A stretch of 62,877 bases of DNA, filler included, from an uncultured Synergistales bacterium (lineage in GTDB: Bacteria; Synergistota; Synergistia; Synergistales; Aminobacteriaceae), in NCBI GenBank assembly GCA_937897575.1. It is 5 parts of 5 records of this genome, joined end to end, with 100 filler letters (N's around TTAATTAATTAA, not from the genome) between each part and the next. Parts side by side here need not be neighbours in the genome. Positions count along the whole stretch, not along the records: positions 1 to 29,124 come from CALCQG010000015.1; 4 more parts are not named here. One strand, written 5' to 3'. The notes beneath the pieces were generated by a model. The model did no database searches. It was not told the origin of the DNA and saw nothing but the letters and a program-made list of their open reading frames with translations. Below are positions 1 to 8,870 of the stretch, piece after piece; the stretch's first letter is position 1, and each line of letters starts with the position of its first letter. The position numbers and the translations under genes were made by a program.

Positions 1-735
1 CATCGTGCCCACGCTCAACACCACCGTGTCCAGAGGGTCCATCTCGCGGCTGACCACCGTCTGGAGGGCCGTGACGACGAGCGAGGCCGTGATGGTGGGG
101 TCCACGGTCCTGTGGGGCATGGCGCTGTGGCCGCCCTTGCCCTGGACCGTCAGGTCCCAGATGTCCGCCGAGGCCATGACGGGGCCGCTGCGCAGGCCCA
201 CCGTGCCGGCGGGGAGGGGCGACCAGACGTGAAGGCCGCCGATGGCGTCCACGCCGTCCAACGCGCCCTCCTCGATCATCCTGGGCGCACCGGAGTTCGT
301 GCCGGCCTCCTCGGCGGGCTGGAACAGGAAGCGAACCCGACCGGAGAGTTCGTCCCTCATGGCGGCCAGCACATCGGCGACGCCCAGCAGAATGGCGGCA
401 TGGGCGTCGTGTCCGCAGGCATGCATGACGCCGCTCCTCTTCGATCGGTACGGGATGTCGTTCTCCTCCGTCAGGGGCAGGGCGTCGATATCGGCCCGAA
501 GGGCCACCGTCCGGCCGGGCCGGACGCCGACGAGATCGGCCGTCACGCCGCTCTCCGTCCCGCCGAAGCCTCTCTTCACGTTCTCGAGCCCCAGGGCCCG
601 CAGACGCTCCTCGATGAAGCGGGAGGTCTCCACCTCCTGCCAGGAGAGCTCGGGGTGCTCGTGGAAGCGCCGCCGCTCCGCCGCAACCCGATCAGCGACA
701 GCCTCCGCCCGTTTCCGCATGGTCTTCCCATCCAT
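1..735 (-). CDS. M20D family amidohydrolase (3' part outside the window)
   Basis: Manual translation of the minus strand gives HEHPELSWQE, ALRADIDALP and MHACGHDAH motifs; purine-rich SD upstream. Confidence 0.9.
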   Translation of the reverse strand, partial: MDGKTMRKRAEAVADRVAAERRRFHEHPELSWQEVETSRFIEERLRALGLENVKRGFGGTESGVTADLVGVRPGRTVALRADIDALPLTEENDIPYRSKRSGVMHACGHDAHAAILLGVADVLAAMRDELSGRVRFLFQPAEEAGTNSGAPRMIEEGALDGVDAIGGLHVWSPLPAGTVGLRSGPVMASADIWDLTVQGKGGHSAMPHRTVDPTITASLVVTALQTVVSREMDPLDTVVLSVGTM

Positions 736-811
736 CACAACGAAACGCCCCCTTCTTCGACGGCCCAGTCAGGCCGGTTAGTCGCGTCGTCCGCCCCCTC
801 GAGGGAGACGA

Positions 812-1180
812 TCATCCAATGGAGACGAGCCAGATTCCGAGGAGGATGACGGCCATCCCGGCGATCCGCAGGACGGTGACCTGCTCGGAGAACAGCAGGA
901 CCGAGACGGCCAGCACCAGGACATAGACCAACCCCGACATGACGGGGTAGGCCACCGAGAGGTCCGTCTTCGTCAGAGCGGCGCTGAGAAACATGAAGGA
1001 TATGCCGAAACACCCTATTCCGAGAAGAGCAAAGGGATTCAGCAGTATTCTGGATACCACGGTCAGAACGCTGCCCTGAAGCAGTTCCTCCTTGTACCCG
1101 AAGGCGTACTTCATGAGCGTATTGGCCCCGGCGTTGAACACCGCCGAACCTGCAAGAAGCAGGAGCGTCACTCTGTCCAT
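812..1180 (-). CDS. SMR/EamA small membrane transporter, probable undecaprenyl-P-Ara4N flippase (ArnE/ArnF-like)
   Basis: 122 aa with four hydrophobic segments and a DLSVAYP motif; divergent from arnT. Confidence 0.75.
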   Translation of the reverse strand: MDRVTLLLLAGSAVFNAGANTLMKYAFGYKEELLQGSVLTVVSRILLNPFALLGIGCFGISFMFLSAALTKTDLSVAYPVMSGLVYVLVLAVSVLLFSEQVTVLRIAGMAVILLGIWLVSIG

Positions 1181-1320
1181 TCCGATCTCTCCTCGTTGGA
1201 AATACGCGGCTCGCGATCCGCAGAACATACGTATCGGGCGCCGGAAGATAGTATATGATCTTCACGTCATAGAGAATATGATATCATGCGAAAATATCAC
1301 GGGCATAGGGATGACGTCGG

Positions 1321-2985
1321 ATGACAGATGCACGAGACGCAACGCGATGGAAATGGGGACTTCTCGCCGTAACGCTCCTCTTCCTGTATCTCGGCGGTCT
1401 TGGAAGTTACGGACTGCTTGAGCCGGACGAAGGGCGCTACGCCGAGATCCCCCGGGAGATGCTCGAGTCGGGCGACTTTATCACCCCCACGCTCAACTCC
1501 GTAAAGTACTTCGAGAAGCCGGTGCTCCACTACTGGCTCACCGCCATGTCCATGGCCCTCTTCGGAGAAAATGAGTTCGCCGTCCGTCTGTGGCCCGCTC
1601 TGCTCGCCCTGGGCGGAGTGCTGCTCACCGCCTGGCTCGCCAGAGATCTCTACGGAGAGCGGTCCGCCCTGTTCACCTCCGTCATCCTCTCCACATCGCT
1701 GCTCTACTTTGTCATCAGCCAGATCAACATCCTGGACATGCCCGTCTCCTTCTTCCTCACGGCGGCCATGGCGGGTTTCTGGTTCGGCCTCGAGAGGGAC
1801 CGCCGGTACTACCTGCTCTTCTACGGGGGGATGGCGCTGGCCCTTCTCACGAAGGGGCTCATCGGGATCGTGCTGCCCTGCGGCATCGTCTTCTGGTATA
1901 TGATCCTGACCCGCCGGTGGAGCATCCTCCGCTCCGCCCTCTATCTTCCGGGGATACTCCTTTTTCTCGCCCTCTCGGCTCCCTGGTTTGTCGCGGTCTC
2001 CCGAAGGAACAGCGACTTCCTGTACTTCTTCTTCGTGCACGAACATTTTCTTCGATACGCCACGACGATACACGATCGGTACGAGCCGTTCTGGTTCTTC
2101 ATCCCCATGCTGATCGTGGGCCTCCTCCCCTGGATGGGACTTCTTCCCGGCGCGCTCCGCGCCGCTCTGCCGAGGACGCTCCATGTCCGGGACGCAGAGG
2201 CCCAAAAGGGGCTCTTCCTCTTCCTCTGGTTCGCCGTGATCTTCCTCTTTTTCTCTCTCTCCGGGTCGAAGCTCATCCCCTATATCGTCCCGGTCTTTCC
2301 CCCTCTTGCCATCCTGATGGGAGACCTCCTTCGGCGCCTCATTGAAGGGGGCAATGCCCGAGGAGTACGACGGTTTCTCCTCTGGACCAGCGTCGTCATG
2401 GCCCCGCTCCTGATCGCCATGGCGGTGTACCCCTTCCTCGGCAAGGACCTCCCACCCTCCGAACTGCTGCCCTACTCGCTCCCCATTCTCTTCATCGAAG
2501 GGGTCTTCCTCGGAGGTGCTTGGTTCCTCTACCGAAGAGGAAATTTCAGGAAGATGGCGGCGGTCCTCTGTGTGCTGGCCATCGCCCACTCCTTCGAATT
2601 CAGAGAGGTGCTCACGCTCTTCGACGGGTTGCTCTCGGCCAGAGAGCTCTCGGAAAAAATTGCGACGCTGCAGCGAGGAAACGACCGGATCATGGAGTAC
2701 AAGACCTACGACCAGGGGCTCCCCTTCTATCTCAAGCAGCGCATCACGTTGGTAGACTACCTCGGCGAGCTTGAGTTCGGTGCGAAGCAGGAAGCGGACC
2801 CCCGATGGTTCATCGGGAAGGACGACCTGAAGCAGGCGTGGGATGGCCCGGAACGGATCATCCTCGTCGTCCCCAGGAAGCTGTTCAATGAGATCGCCCC
2901 GACCCTCGGCATACGATTGTCTGACGTCCTGGCGGAGTCGAGAAAAAACATCGTGTTCGTCAATCGTCTTCGGGAACGGGAATGA
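1321..2985 (+). CDS. arnT: ArnT-type (PMT_2-like) lipid-linked glycosyltransferase
   Basis: PDEGRYAEIPREM and YFEKP motifs; many TM segments; arn context. Confidence 0.88.
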   Translation: MTDARDATRWKWGLLAVTLLFLYLGGLGSYGLLEPDEGRYAEIPREMLESGDFITPTLNSVKYFEKPVLHYWLTAMSMALFGENEFAVRLWPALLALGGVLLTAWLARDLYGERSALFTSVILSTSLLYFVISQINILDMPVSFFLTAAMAGFWFGLERDRRYYLLFYGGMALALLTKGLIGIVLPCGIVFWYMILTRRWSILRSALYLPGILLFLALSAPWFVAVSRRNSDFLYFFFVHEHFLRYATTIHDRYEPFWFFIPMLIVGLLPWMGLLPGALRAALPRTLHVRDAEAQKGLFLFLWFAVIFLFFSLSGSKLIPYIVPVFPPLAILMGDLLRRLIEGGNARGVRRFLLWTSVVMAPLLIAMAVYPFLGKDLPPSELLPYSLPILFIEGVFLGGAWFLYRRGNFRKMAAVLCVLAIAHSFEFREVLTLFDGLLSARELSEKIATLQRGNDRIMEYKTYDQGLPFYLKQRITLVDYLGELEFGAKQEADPRWFIGKDDLKQAWDGPERIILVVPRKLFNEIAPTLGIRLSDVLAESRKNIVFVNRLRERE

Positions 2986-3016
2986 ACGCTCTCTCGCGGA
3001 GTGAAAGGAGCTGTCC

Positions 3017-3964
3017 ATCATTTCGGAACAACAGGGAAAAATAACGGTCGTCGTCCCCGTGTACAACGAGGAGGAATCTCTGCCGCACTTCTTTCCTCGC
3101 CTTCGAGCCGCCCTTGAGTCGACGGGGCGGCCCTACGAGCTGATCTTCGTCAACGACGGAAGCAGGGACCGCTCTCTGACGCTGCTTCACCAGTTCTACC
3201 AGGCATACCCCGAGACGGTCCGCATCCTGGACTTCAACGGCAACTTCGGGCAGCACATGGCCATCATGGCCGGGTTCGACCACGCGAAGGGGGACATCAT
3301 CGTCACCCTCGACGCCGACCTTCAGAACCCTCCCGAGGAGATCCCCAGGATCGTCGAGCAGATCGACCTGGGGCACGACGTGGTGGGGACCGTCCGCCAG
3401 CACCGCCACGATCCGAAGTTCCGCATGGTCGCTTCGAAACTGGTCAACTCCATCACGAACAGGATTACCAGGCTCGACCTGCACGACTACGGCTGCATGC
3501 TCCGGGGATACCGGAGGGATATCGTCGACATCATCAAACGGAGCGGCGAGAGCACCACGTTCATCCCGGCCCTTGCGCAGAAGTTCGCCATAAATCCCGT
3601 GGAGATCCCGGTGGAGCATAGCGAACGGGAGCGCGGCACATCCAAGTACGGCCTCTTTCGCCTCATTCGCCTCAACTTCGACCTCATGACCGGCTTCTCC
3701 ATCTACCCGCTCCAGGCGGTCACCATGCTCGGCATCCTCATATCGGCCCTGAGCCTGCTCTTCGCCGTCTACCTCCTCATTCGGCGTTTCGTCGTCGGGC
3801 CCGAGGCGGAGGGCGTCTTCACGCTGTTGAACATCAACTTCTTCCTCATGGGGGTCACCATGTTCTGCGTGGGCATCACGGGCGAATATACCGGCAGGAT
3901 CTACCAGGAGGTCCGCAAACGCCCCCGATACGTCGTCCGAAGGACATGGGGCGGGGACGAATGA
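3017..3964 (+). CDS. arnC: Undecaprenyl-phosphate Ara4FN transferase (GT2); start probably the non-canonical ATC 3017 or ATT 3020
   Basis: KITVVVPVYNEE, VNDGS, NFGQHMAI and LDADLQNPPEEIP motifs; two C-terminal TM helices; SD AAGGAG at 3005-3010. Confidence 0.85.
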   Translation: MISEQQGKITVVVPVYNEEESLPHFFPRLRAALESTGRPYELIFVNDGSRDRSLTLLHQFYQAYPETVRILDFNGNFGQHMAIMAGFDHAKGDIIVTLDADLQNPPEEIPRIVEQIDLGHDVVGTVRQHRHDPKFRMVASKLVNSITNRITRLDLHDYGCMLRGYRRDIVDIIKRSGESTTFIPALAQKFAINPVEIPVEHSERERGTSKYGLFRLIRLNFDLMTGFSIYPLQAVTMLGILISALSLLFAVYLLIRRFVVGPEAEGVFTLLNINFFLMGVTMFCVGITGEYTGRIYQEVRKRPRYVVRRTWGGDE

Positions 3965-4848
3965 ACGGACTTCGAACCGTCATCTTCGCCTACAGCGAGG
4001 TGGGGCACCTCTGTCTTTCGGAGCTCCTTCGCCAGGGCGTCCGTGTGGAGGCCGTCTTCACCCACGAGGACAGCCCCGGGGAGACGCAGTGGTTCCCCTC
4101 CGTCGCGAAGCTGGCGGCGAGCACCGGCATCTCCGTGTACGCCCCCGGCTCCCTGGACGACAAGGAGTACGAGCTGGTGCGCGGACTGCGCCCCGACGCG
4201 CTCTTCTCCTTCTACTACCGATCCCTGATCCCCGAGCGGTTCCTCGGTCTCCCGCCCCTGGGGGCCTTCAACATGCACGGCTCCCTGCTGCCCAAATACC
4301 GGGGGCGAGCCTGCGTCAACTGGGCGATCCTGAACGGCGAGACCGTGACGGGGGCCACCCTCCACCACATGGTGCGAAGGGCCGACGCGGGGGACATCGT
4401 GGTCCCCATCCTCTTCGAGGATACGGCGCGCACGGTCTCCCGCAAGGTGGCGGAGGCGAGCTGCCTCCTCGTGGAGCGCAACATCGCCGCCATCGCCGGC
4501 GGAACGGCCCCTCGCACGCCTCAGGACGAAAGGAAGGCCACCACCTTCGGACGGAGGACCCCGGCGGACGGGCTCGTCTCATGGAGCTGGGACGCCATCC
4601 GGATCTACAACCTCGTCCGGGCGGTGACGCACCCCTTTCCCGGGGCCTTCACCTCGTTCAAGGGGCGCACGTTGCTCCTCTGGAGTGTCCTGCCCGAGGG
4701 TGGGGACGAACAGGCCGCCCCGGGGACGGTCCTCTCCTCCGCCCCGCTGGTCGTCGCCGCAGGCCGCGGACGAATACAGGTCCTCCATAGCGAGTGGGCG
4801 GAGGGACCGGGGCAGGCCCTCGCCGCGGGGGACGTCCTCGAGTCCTGA
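3961..4848 (+). CDS. UDP-Ara4N formyltransferase (stand-alone ArnA N-terminal domain)
   Basis: FSFYYR, FNMHGSLLPKYRG and ADAG motifs; ATGA overlap with arnC. Confidence 0.88.
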   Translation: MNGLRTVIFAYSEVGHLCLSELLRQGVRVEAVFTHEDSPGETQWFPSVAKLAASTGISVYAPGSLDDKEYELVRGLRPDALFSFYYRSLIPERFLGLPPLGAFNMHGSLLPKYRGRACVNWAILNGETVTGATLHHMVRRADAGDIVVPILFEDTARTVSRKVAEASCLLVERNIAAIAGGTAPRTPQDERKATTFGRRTPADGLVSWSWDAIRIYNLVRAVTHPFPGAFTSFKGRTLLLWSVLPEGGDEQAAPGTVLSSAPLVVAAGRGRIQVLHSEWAEGPGQALAAGDVLES

Positions 4849-4863
4849 CCCGCCGCTTGGACG

Positions 4864-4872
4864 TGCTATACT
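4864..4872 (+). promoter_or_regulatory. Candidate extended -10 promoter (TGcTATACT) internal to the arn cluster, upstream of dedA
   Basis: TGnTATACT in the 59-bp intergenic gap. Confidence 0.45.
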
Positions 4873-4907
4873 CTCTCAGGACGCAAAAACATCGGGAGGC
4901 TTGAGGA

Positions 4908-5546
4908 ATGGAAGGTCTTTTCGAGTCGGGCATATCGCTTTTCCAATCACTGGTCCAGTGGCTCGTGGCCGTCATCGGGCATATGGGGTATCCGGGCATC
5001 GTGGGGCTCATGTTCCTCGAGTCCTCGTTCTTCCCCTTTCCGAGCGAGGTGGTGGTCCCTCCGGCAGGGTACCTGGCCTACAAGGGCGAGATGAACCTCC
5101 TGCTGGTGGTCGCCGCGGGCATAGCGGGCAGCATCCTCGGCGCGCTCTTCAACTACTGGATCGCCGTCAAGTGGGGGCGGCCGTTCTTCGAACGGTACGG
5201 CAAATACTTTCTCGTGTCGCCCGAGTCCCTCGACAAGGCGGAGGCCTTTTTCGCCAAACACGGCACCATCAGCACCTTCACGGGACGCCTGCTGCCCGTG
5301 ATCCGGCAGTACATCTCCCTCCCCGCCGGGCTGGCCCGGATGCCCCTGAAGCCCTTCTGCTTCTACACGGCCCTGGGGTCGGGCATCTGGGTGGTCATCC
5401 TGGCCCTCGTGGGGTACTACATCGGCGACAACCAGGCCCTCATCCACCAGGAGATCCGAAAGATCACCTACGTCCTGCTGGCATCCTGCGCCGTGCTGGT
5501 CGCCCTCTATATATGGCGGTACAACAGGAAGAAAAAGTCCTCGTAA
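4908..5546 (+). CDS. DedA family membrane protein
   Basis: LESSFFPFPSEVV, GRLLPVIRQYISLPAG motifs. Confidence 0.92.
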   Translation: MEGLFESGISLFQSLVQWLVAVIGHMGYPGIVGLMFLESSFFPFPSEVVVPPAGYLAYKGEMNLLLVVAAGIAGSILGALFNYWIAVKWGRPFFERYGKYFLVSPESLDKAEAFFAKHGTISTFTGRLLPVIRQYISLPAGLARMPLKPFCFYTALGSGIWVVILALVGYYIGDNQALIHQEIRKITYVLLASCAVLVALYIWRYNRKKKSS

Positions 5547-5603
5547 ATCAACCCTGTCCCTTCAGCGGGCGAACCGCTCCGAAGGGACCACAGGAGGTCT
5601 GTC

Positions 5604-6611
5604 ATGCGCGTCCTGATCCTCGGGGCCAACGGCTTCATCGGCTCCCATCTCGTTGACGGCATTCTCCAGTCCACGGACTGGCGGGTCGAGGCCTTCGACC
5701 TGGCGGACGGCAACCTCGCCCCCTTTCGAGGCGATCCTTGTTTCTCCTTCACGGCGGGGGATATCTTCACCGACGACCAGTGGCTGAAGGAGGCCGTAGG
5801 GCGGTCCGACGTCGCGCTCCCCCTGGCGGGGATAGCGAAACCGGCCTACTACCTCAGCAGGCCGCTGTGGACCTTCGAGCTGGACTTCGAGCAGAACCTG
5901 AAGGTCGTTCGCCTGTGCGACGGCGCGAAAAAACGGGTCGTCTTCCCCTCCACGTCGGAGGTCTACGGCATGAGCGCCGACTCCGTCCTCGACGAGGAGA
6001 CGAGCCCCCTCATCGTCGGCCCTGTGGGCAAGATGCGATGGATCTACAGCTGCGGCAAGCAGATGATGGACCGGGTCATCACGGCCTACGGCCAGGAACG
6101 AGGGCTCCGGTACACCCTGTTCCGCCCCTTCAACTGGATCGGCCCCCGCCTCGACACCTTCCGGGACGCCGAGGAGCGGACGGCCCGCTCCATCACCCAG
6201 ATGGTCCACGACATCCTGTCCGGGCGGCCCATCACGCTGGTGAACGGGGGAGAGCAGCACCGAAGCTTCACCTACGTGTCCGACGGCATCGCGGCGCTGC
6301 TCGCGATCATAGGCAACGAGGAGAGGAGCAACGGGCGGATATTCAACATCGGCAACCCGAAGAACAACGTCTCCATCCGGGAGCTCGCCCACGTCGTGGT
6401 GGATGCTATGAAGGCCATCCCCTCCTTCCGGGAGGCGGCGGAGAGGGCCCGGTTCACCATCCTCCCCGCGGAGCAGTACTACGGGAACGGCTACGACGAC
6501 ATGCAGAACCGCGTGCCCTCCATCGACGCCATCCGGGATGCCCTCGGGTGGACCCCCCTCGTCCCCTTGAGGGAGGCCGTCGAGCGGACCGTCGCCAGCT
6601 ACGCGGTCTGA
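5604..6611 (+). CDS. UDP-glucuronate oxidase/decarboxylase (stand-alone ArnA C-terminal domain)
   Basis: GANGFIG, FPSTSEVYG, RWIYSCGKQ and FRPFNWIGPRLD motifs. Confidence 0.92.
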   Translation: MRVLILGANGFIGSHLVDGILQSTDWRVEAFDLADGNLAPFRGDPCFSFTAGDIFTDDQWLKEAVGRSDVALPLAGIAKPAYYLSRPLWTFELDFEQNLKVVRLCDGAKKRVVFPSTSEVYGMSADSVLDEETSPLIVGPVGKMRWIYSCGKQMMDRVITAYGQERGLRYTLFRPFNWIGPRLDTFRDAEERTARSITQMVHDILSGRPITLVNGGEQHRSFTYVSDGIAALLAIIGNEERSNGRIFNIGNPKNNVSIRELAHVVVDAMKAIPSFREAAERARFTILPAEQYYGNGYDDMQNRVPSIDAIRDALGWTPLVPLREAVERTVASYAV

Positions 6612-6626
6612 CCGGTGCGGAGTGCC

Positions 6627-7520
6627 GTGACGGAACAGTCGCTCATCGTCAAGATCGACGTGGACACGCTGACGGGCTACCTCGACGGCGTGCCGAGGCT
6701 GCTCTCCACGCTCCGGTCCCGGGGGGTGCGGGCGTGCTTCTTTCTCCCCTTCGGCCCGGACAACTCGGGCAAGGCGATCCGCCGCATTTTCCGCCCGGGG
6801 TTTCTCACGAAGATGATCCGGACAAGGGCCCCCTCCACCTACGGCCTGAAGACGCTCCTCTACGGGACGGTGCTCCCCGCGCCGCCCATCGTCCCGTCGA
6901 ACCCCGACATCCCCCGTCGCATCCTGGACGAGGGGCACGAGTGCGGCATCCACTGCTGGGATCACGTGCGGTGGCAGGACGGGCTCAAGAACATGGACAG
7001 AGAAACGATCCGGCAGGATTTCGACAGGAGTATGGAGCTCTTCGAGCGCTTCTCCGGCCGTCGGGCGACGAGCTGCGCGGCGCCCGGATGGCAGGTCACC
7101 GGGGACAGCCTCGCCGTCCAGGACGAACTGGGCTTCGACTACTGCAGCGACGTCCGCGGCCCGGGGGGCCCATTTCTCCCCCGGATGAACGGACAGGCCT
7201 TCCGGACGCCTCAATTCCCCACCACGCTGCCCACTCTGGACGAGCTCTACGGGCGGAAAGATCTGCCCCTGGAGCGAATAAACGGACACTATACGGAGCA
7301 GATTCGCCCGGGGCTGAACGTTCTCACGGCCCACGCCGAGATGGAGGGGCGAGGGCAAAGCCCCCTCTTCGACGATCTGCTGGCCCGATGCCTGGATCTG
7401 GACGTCCGTTTCGTCACCATGGGGGACGCCCTGCGGTCGGCGGGTCCCCTTCCCCTGTGCGACGTGGTCGAGGGGCGGCTGCCGGGGCGGTCGGGAACCG
7501 TCGCCGTCCGGGTCGGATAA
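6627..7520 (+). CDS. arnD: Ara4FN-undecaprenyl deformylase (polysaccharide deacetylase fold)
   Basis: KIDVDT, GPDNSG, HCWDHVRWQD, PTTLPTLDE and HAEMEG motifs. Confidence 0.88.
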   Translation: MTEQSLIVKIDVDTLTGYLDGVPRLLSTLRSRGVRACFFLPFGPDNSGKAIRRIFRPGFLTKMIRTRAPSTYGLKTLLYGTVLPAPPIVPSNPDIPRRILDEGHECGIHCWDHVRWQDGLKNMDRETIRQDFDRSMELFERFSGRRATSCAAPGWQVTGDSLAVQDELGFDYCSDVRGPGGPFLPRMNGQAFRTPQFPTTLPTLDELYGRKDLPLERINGHYTEQIRPGLNVLTAHAEMEGRGQSPLFDDLLARCLDLDVRFVTMGDALRSAGPLPLCDVVEGRLPGRSGTVAVRVG

Positions 7521-7540
7521 TCATCAAAGGAGGAGTCAGG

Positions 7541-8863
7541 ATGAAGCTCACCGTGGTCGGCACAGGGTATGTCGGGCTCGTCACCGGCGTCTGCCTCGCC
7601 AAGTTCGGCAACGCCGTCGTCTGTGTGGACACGCAGGCCGACAAGATCGCCCTGCTCAAAGCGGGGAAGGTCCCCTTCTTCGAGCCCGGCCTCGAGGAGA
7701 TGATCCAGACGAACCTCGCCGCGGGGCGGCTCTCCTTCTCCACGGACATACCGTCGGCGCTGCGGGGAAGCGCCATCGCCCTCATCTCCGTGGGCACCCC
7801 GAGCCGGGAGGACGGGGGCGCCGACCTTTCCTTCGTGGAGTCCGCCGCGCGGGGTATCGCCCGCGCCATGACGGACCATACGGTCATCGTCGTGAAATCC
7901 ACCGTCCCCGTGGGGACCTGCGACGTCCTCCGGGACATCGTGGCTGAGGAATTGGAGCGACGGCGGGCCGAAATCCCCTTCGACGTGGTGTCGAACCCGG
8001 AGTTCCTCCGCGAGGGGGCGGCGCTCCAGGACTTCCTCCACCCGGACCGGGTGATCATCGGTGCGGAAAACGGCCGCGCGGAGAGGATCATGGAGGAACT
8101 CTACTCCTTCCTGCCCCGCGAAAAGCTGATCTTCATGGATATCCGTTCGGCCGAGATGACCAAGTACACGGCGAACGCCATGCTGGCCACGCGCATATCC
8201 TTCATGAACGAGATCGCCTCGGTGTGCGAGCGCACCGGAGCGGACGTGGAAAAGGTGCGCCTCGGCATCGGCTCCGACTCCAGGATAGGCTACTCCTTCC
8301 TCAGCGCCGGGTGCGGCTTCGGGGGGTCCTGTTTCCCCAAGGACGTGCGGGCCCTTCGGGAGTTCGCCCGGCGGATGGACGTGGAGACCCCCCTTCTTCA
8401 CGCCGTGGAGGCGGTCAACGAGCGCCAGAAGCACCTCGTCGCCCACAGGATCCTCCAGCATTTCAAGGGAAGCCTCGAGGGGCGGACCATCGCGCTCTGG
8501 GGCCTCGCCTTCAAGCCCAAGACCTCCGACGTCCGGGAGGCCACGGCCCAGACGGTGATCCGGGACCTCGTCGAGGCAGGCGCCTCGGTGCGGGTTCACG
8601 ACCCGAGGGCGATGGACGAGATGCGGGCCGCCCTGGGGGGACTCCGCGACGTGCGGTACTTCGAGGACCACTATGAGGCCCTTCGGGGGGCCGACGCCCT
8701 GGCGCTCCTCACGGAGTGGGACATCTACAAGCAGCCCGATTTCGACAGGGTGAAGGAGCTCCTGAAGGGGGCCGTCGTCTTCGACGGCCGGAACCAGTAC
8801 GCCTCCGCCGAGATGAGGCGCCGGGGGTTCGCCTACTACCCCGTCGGCCGGGGGGCGTGCTAG
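7541..8863 (+). CDS. ugd: UDP-glucose 6-dehydrogenase
   Basis: GTGYVG, SNPEFLREG and GFGGSCFPKD motifs; SD AGGAGG. Confidence 0.95.
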   Translation: MKLTVVGTGYVGLVTGVCLAKFGNAVVCVDTQADKIALLKAGKVPFFEPGLEEMIQTNLAAGRLSFSTDIPSALRGSAIALISVGTPSREDGGADLSFVESAARGIARAMTDHTVIVVKSTVPVGTCDVLRDIVAEELERRRAEIPFDVVSNPEFLREGAALQDFLHPDRVIIGAENGRAERIMEELYSFLPREKLIFMDIRSAEMTKYTANAMLATRISFMNEIASVCERTGADVEKVRLGIGSDSRIGYSFLSAGCGFGGSCFPKDVRALREFARRMDVETPLLHAVEAVNERQKHLVAHRILQHFKGSLEGRTIALWGLAFKPKTSDVREATAQTVIRDLVEAGASVRVHDPRAMDEMRAALGGLRDVRYFEDHYEALRGADALALLTEWDIYKQPDFDRVKELLKGAVVFDGRNQYASAEMRRRGFAYYPVGRGAC

Positions 8864-8870
8864 AGGGTCT

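Noticed and set aside
5738..8863. 1041-aa apparent fusion ORF ending in ugd (similar cases: 8871-10943, 24560-26383, 53843-55504, 55575-57077)
   Set aside because: The extensions are off-frame, Arg/Pro/Gly-rich readings of upstream genes in GC-rich DNA; each real gene has its own start further in.
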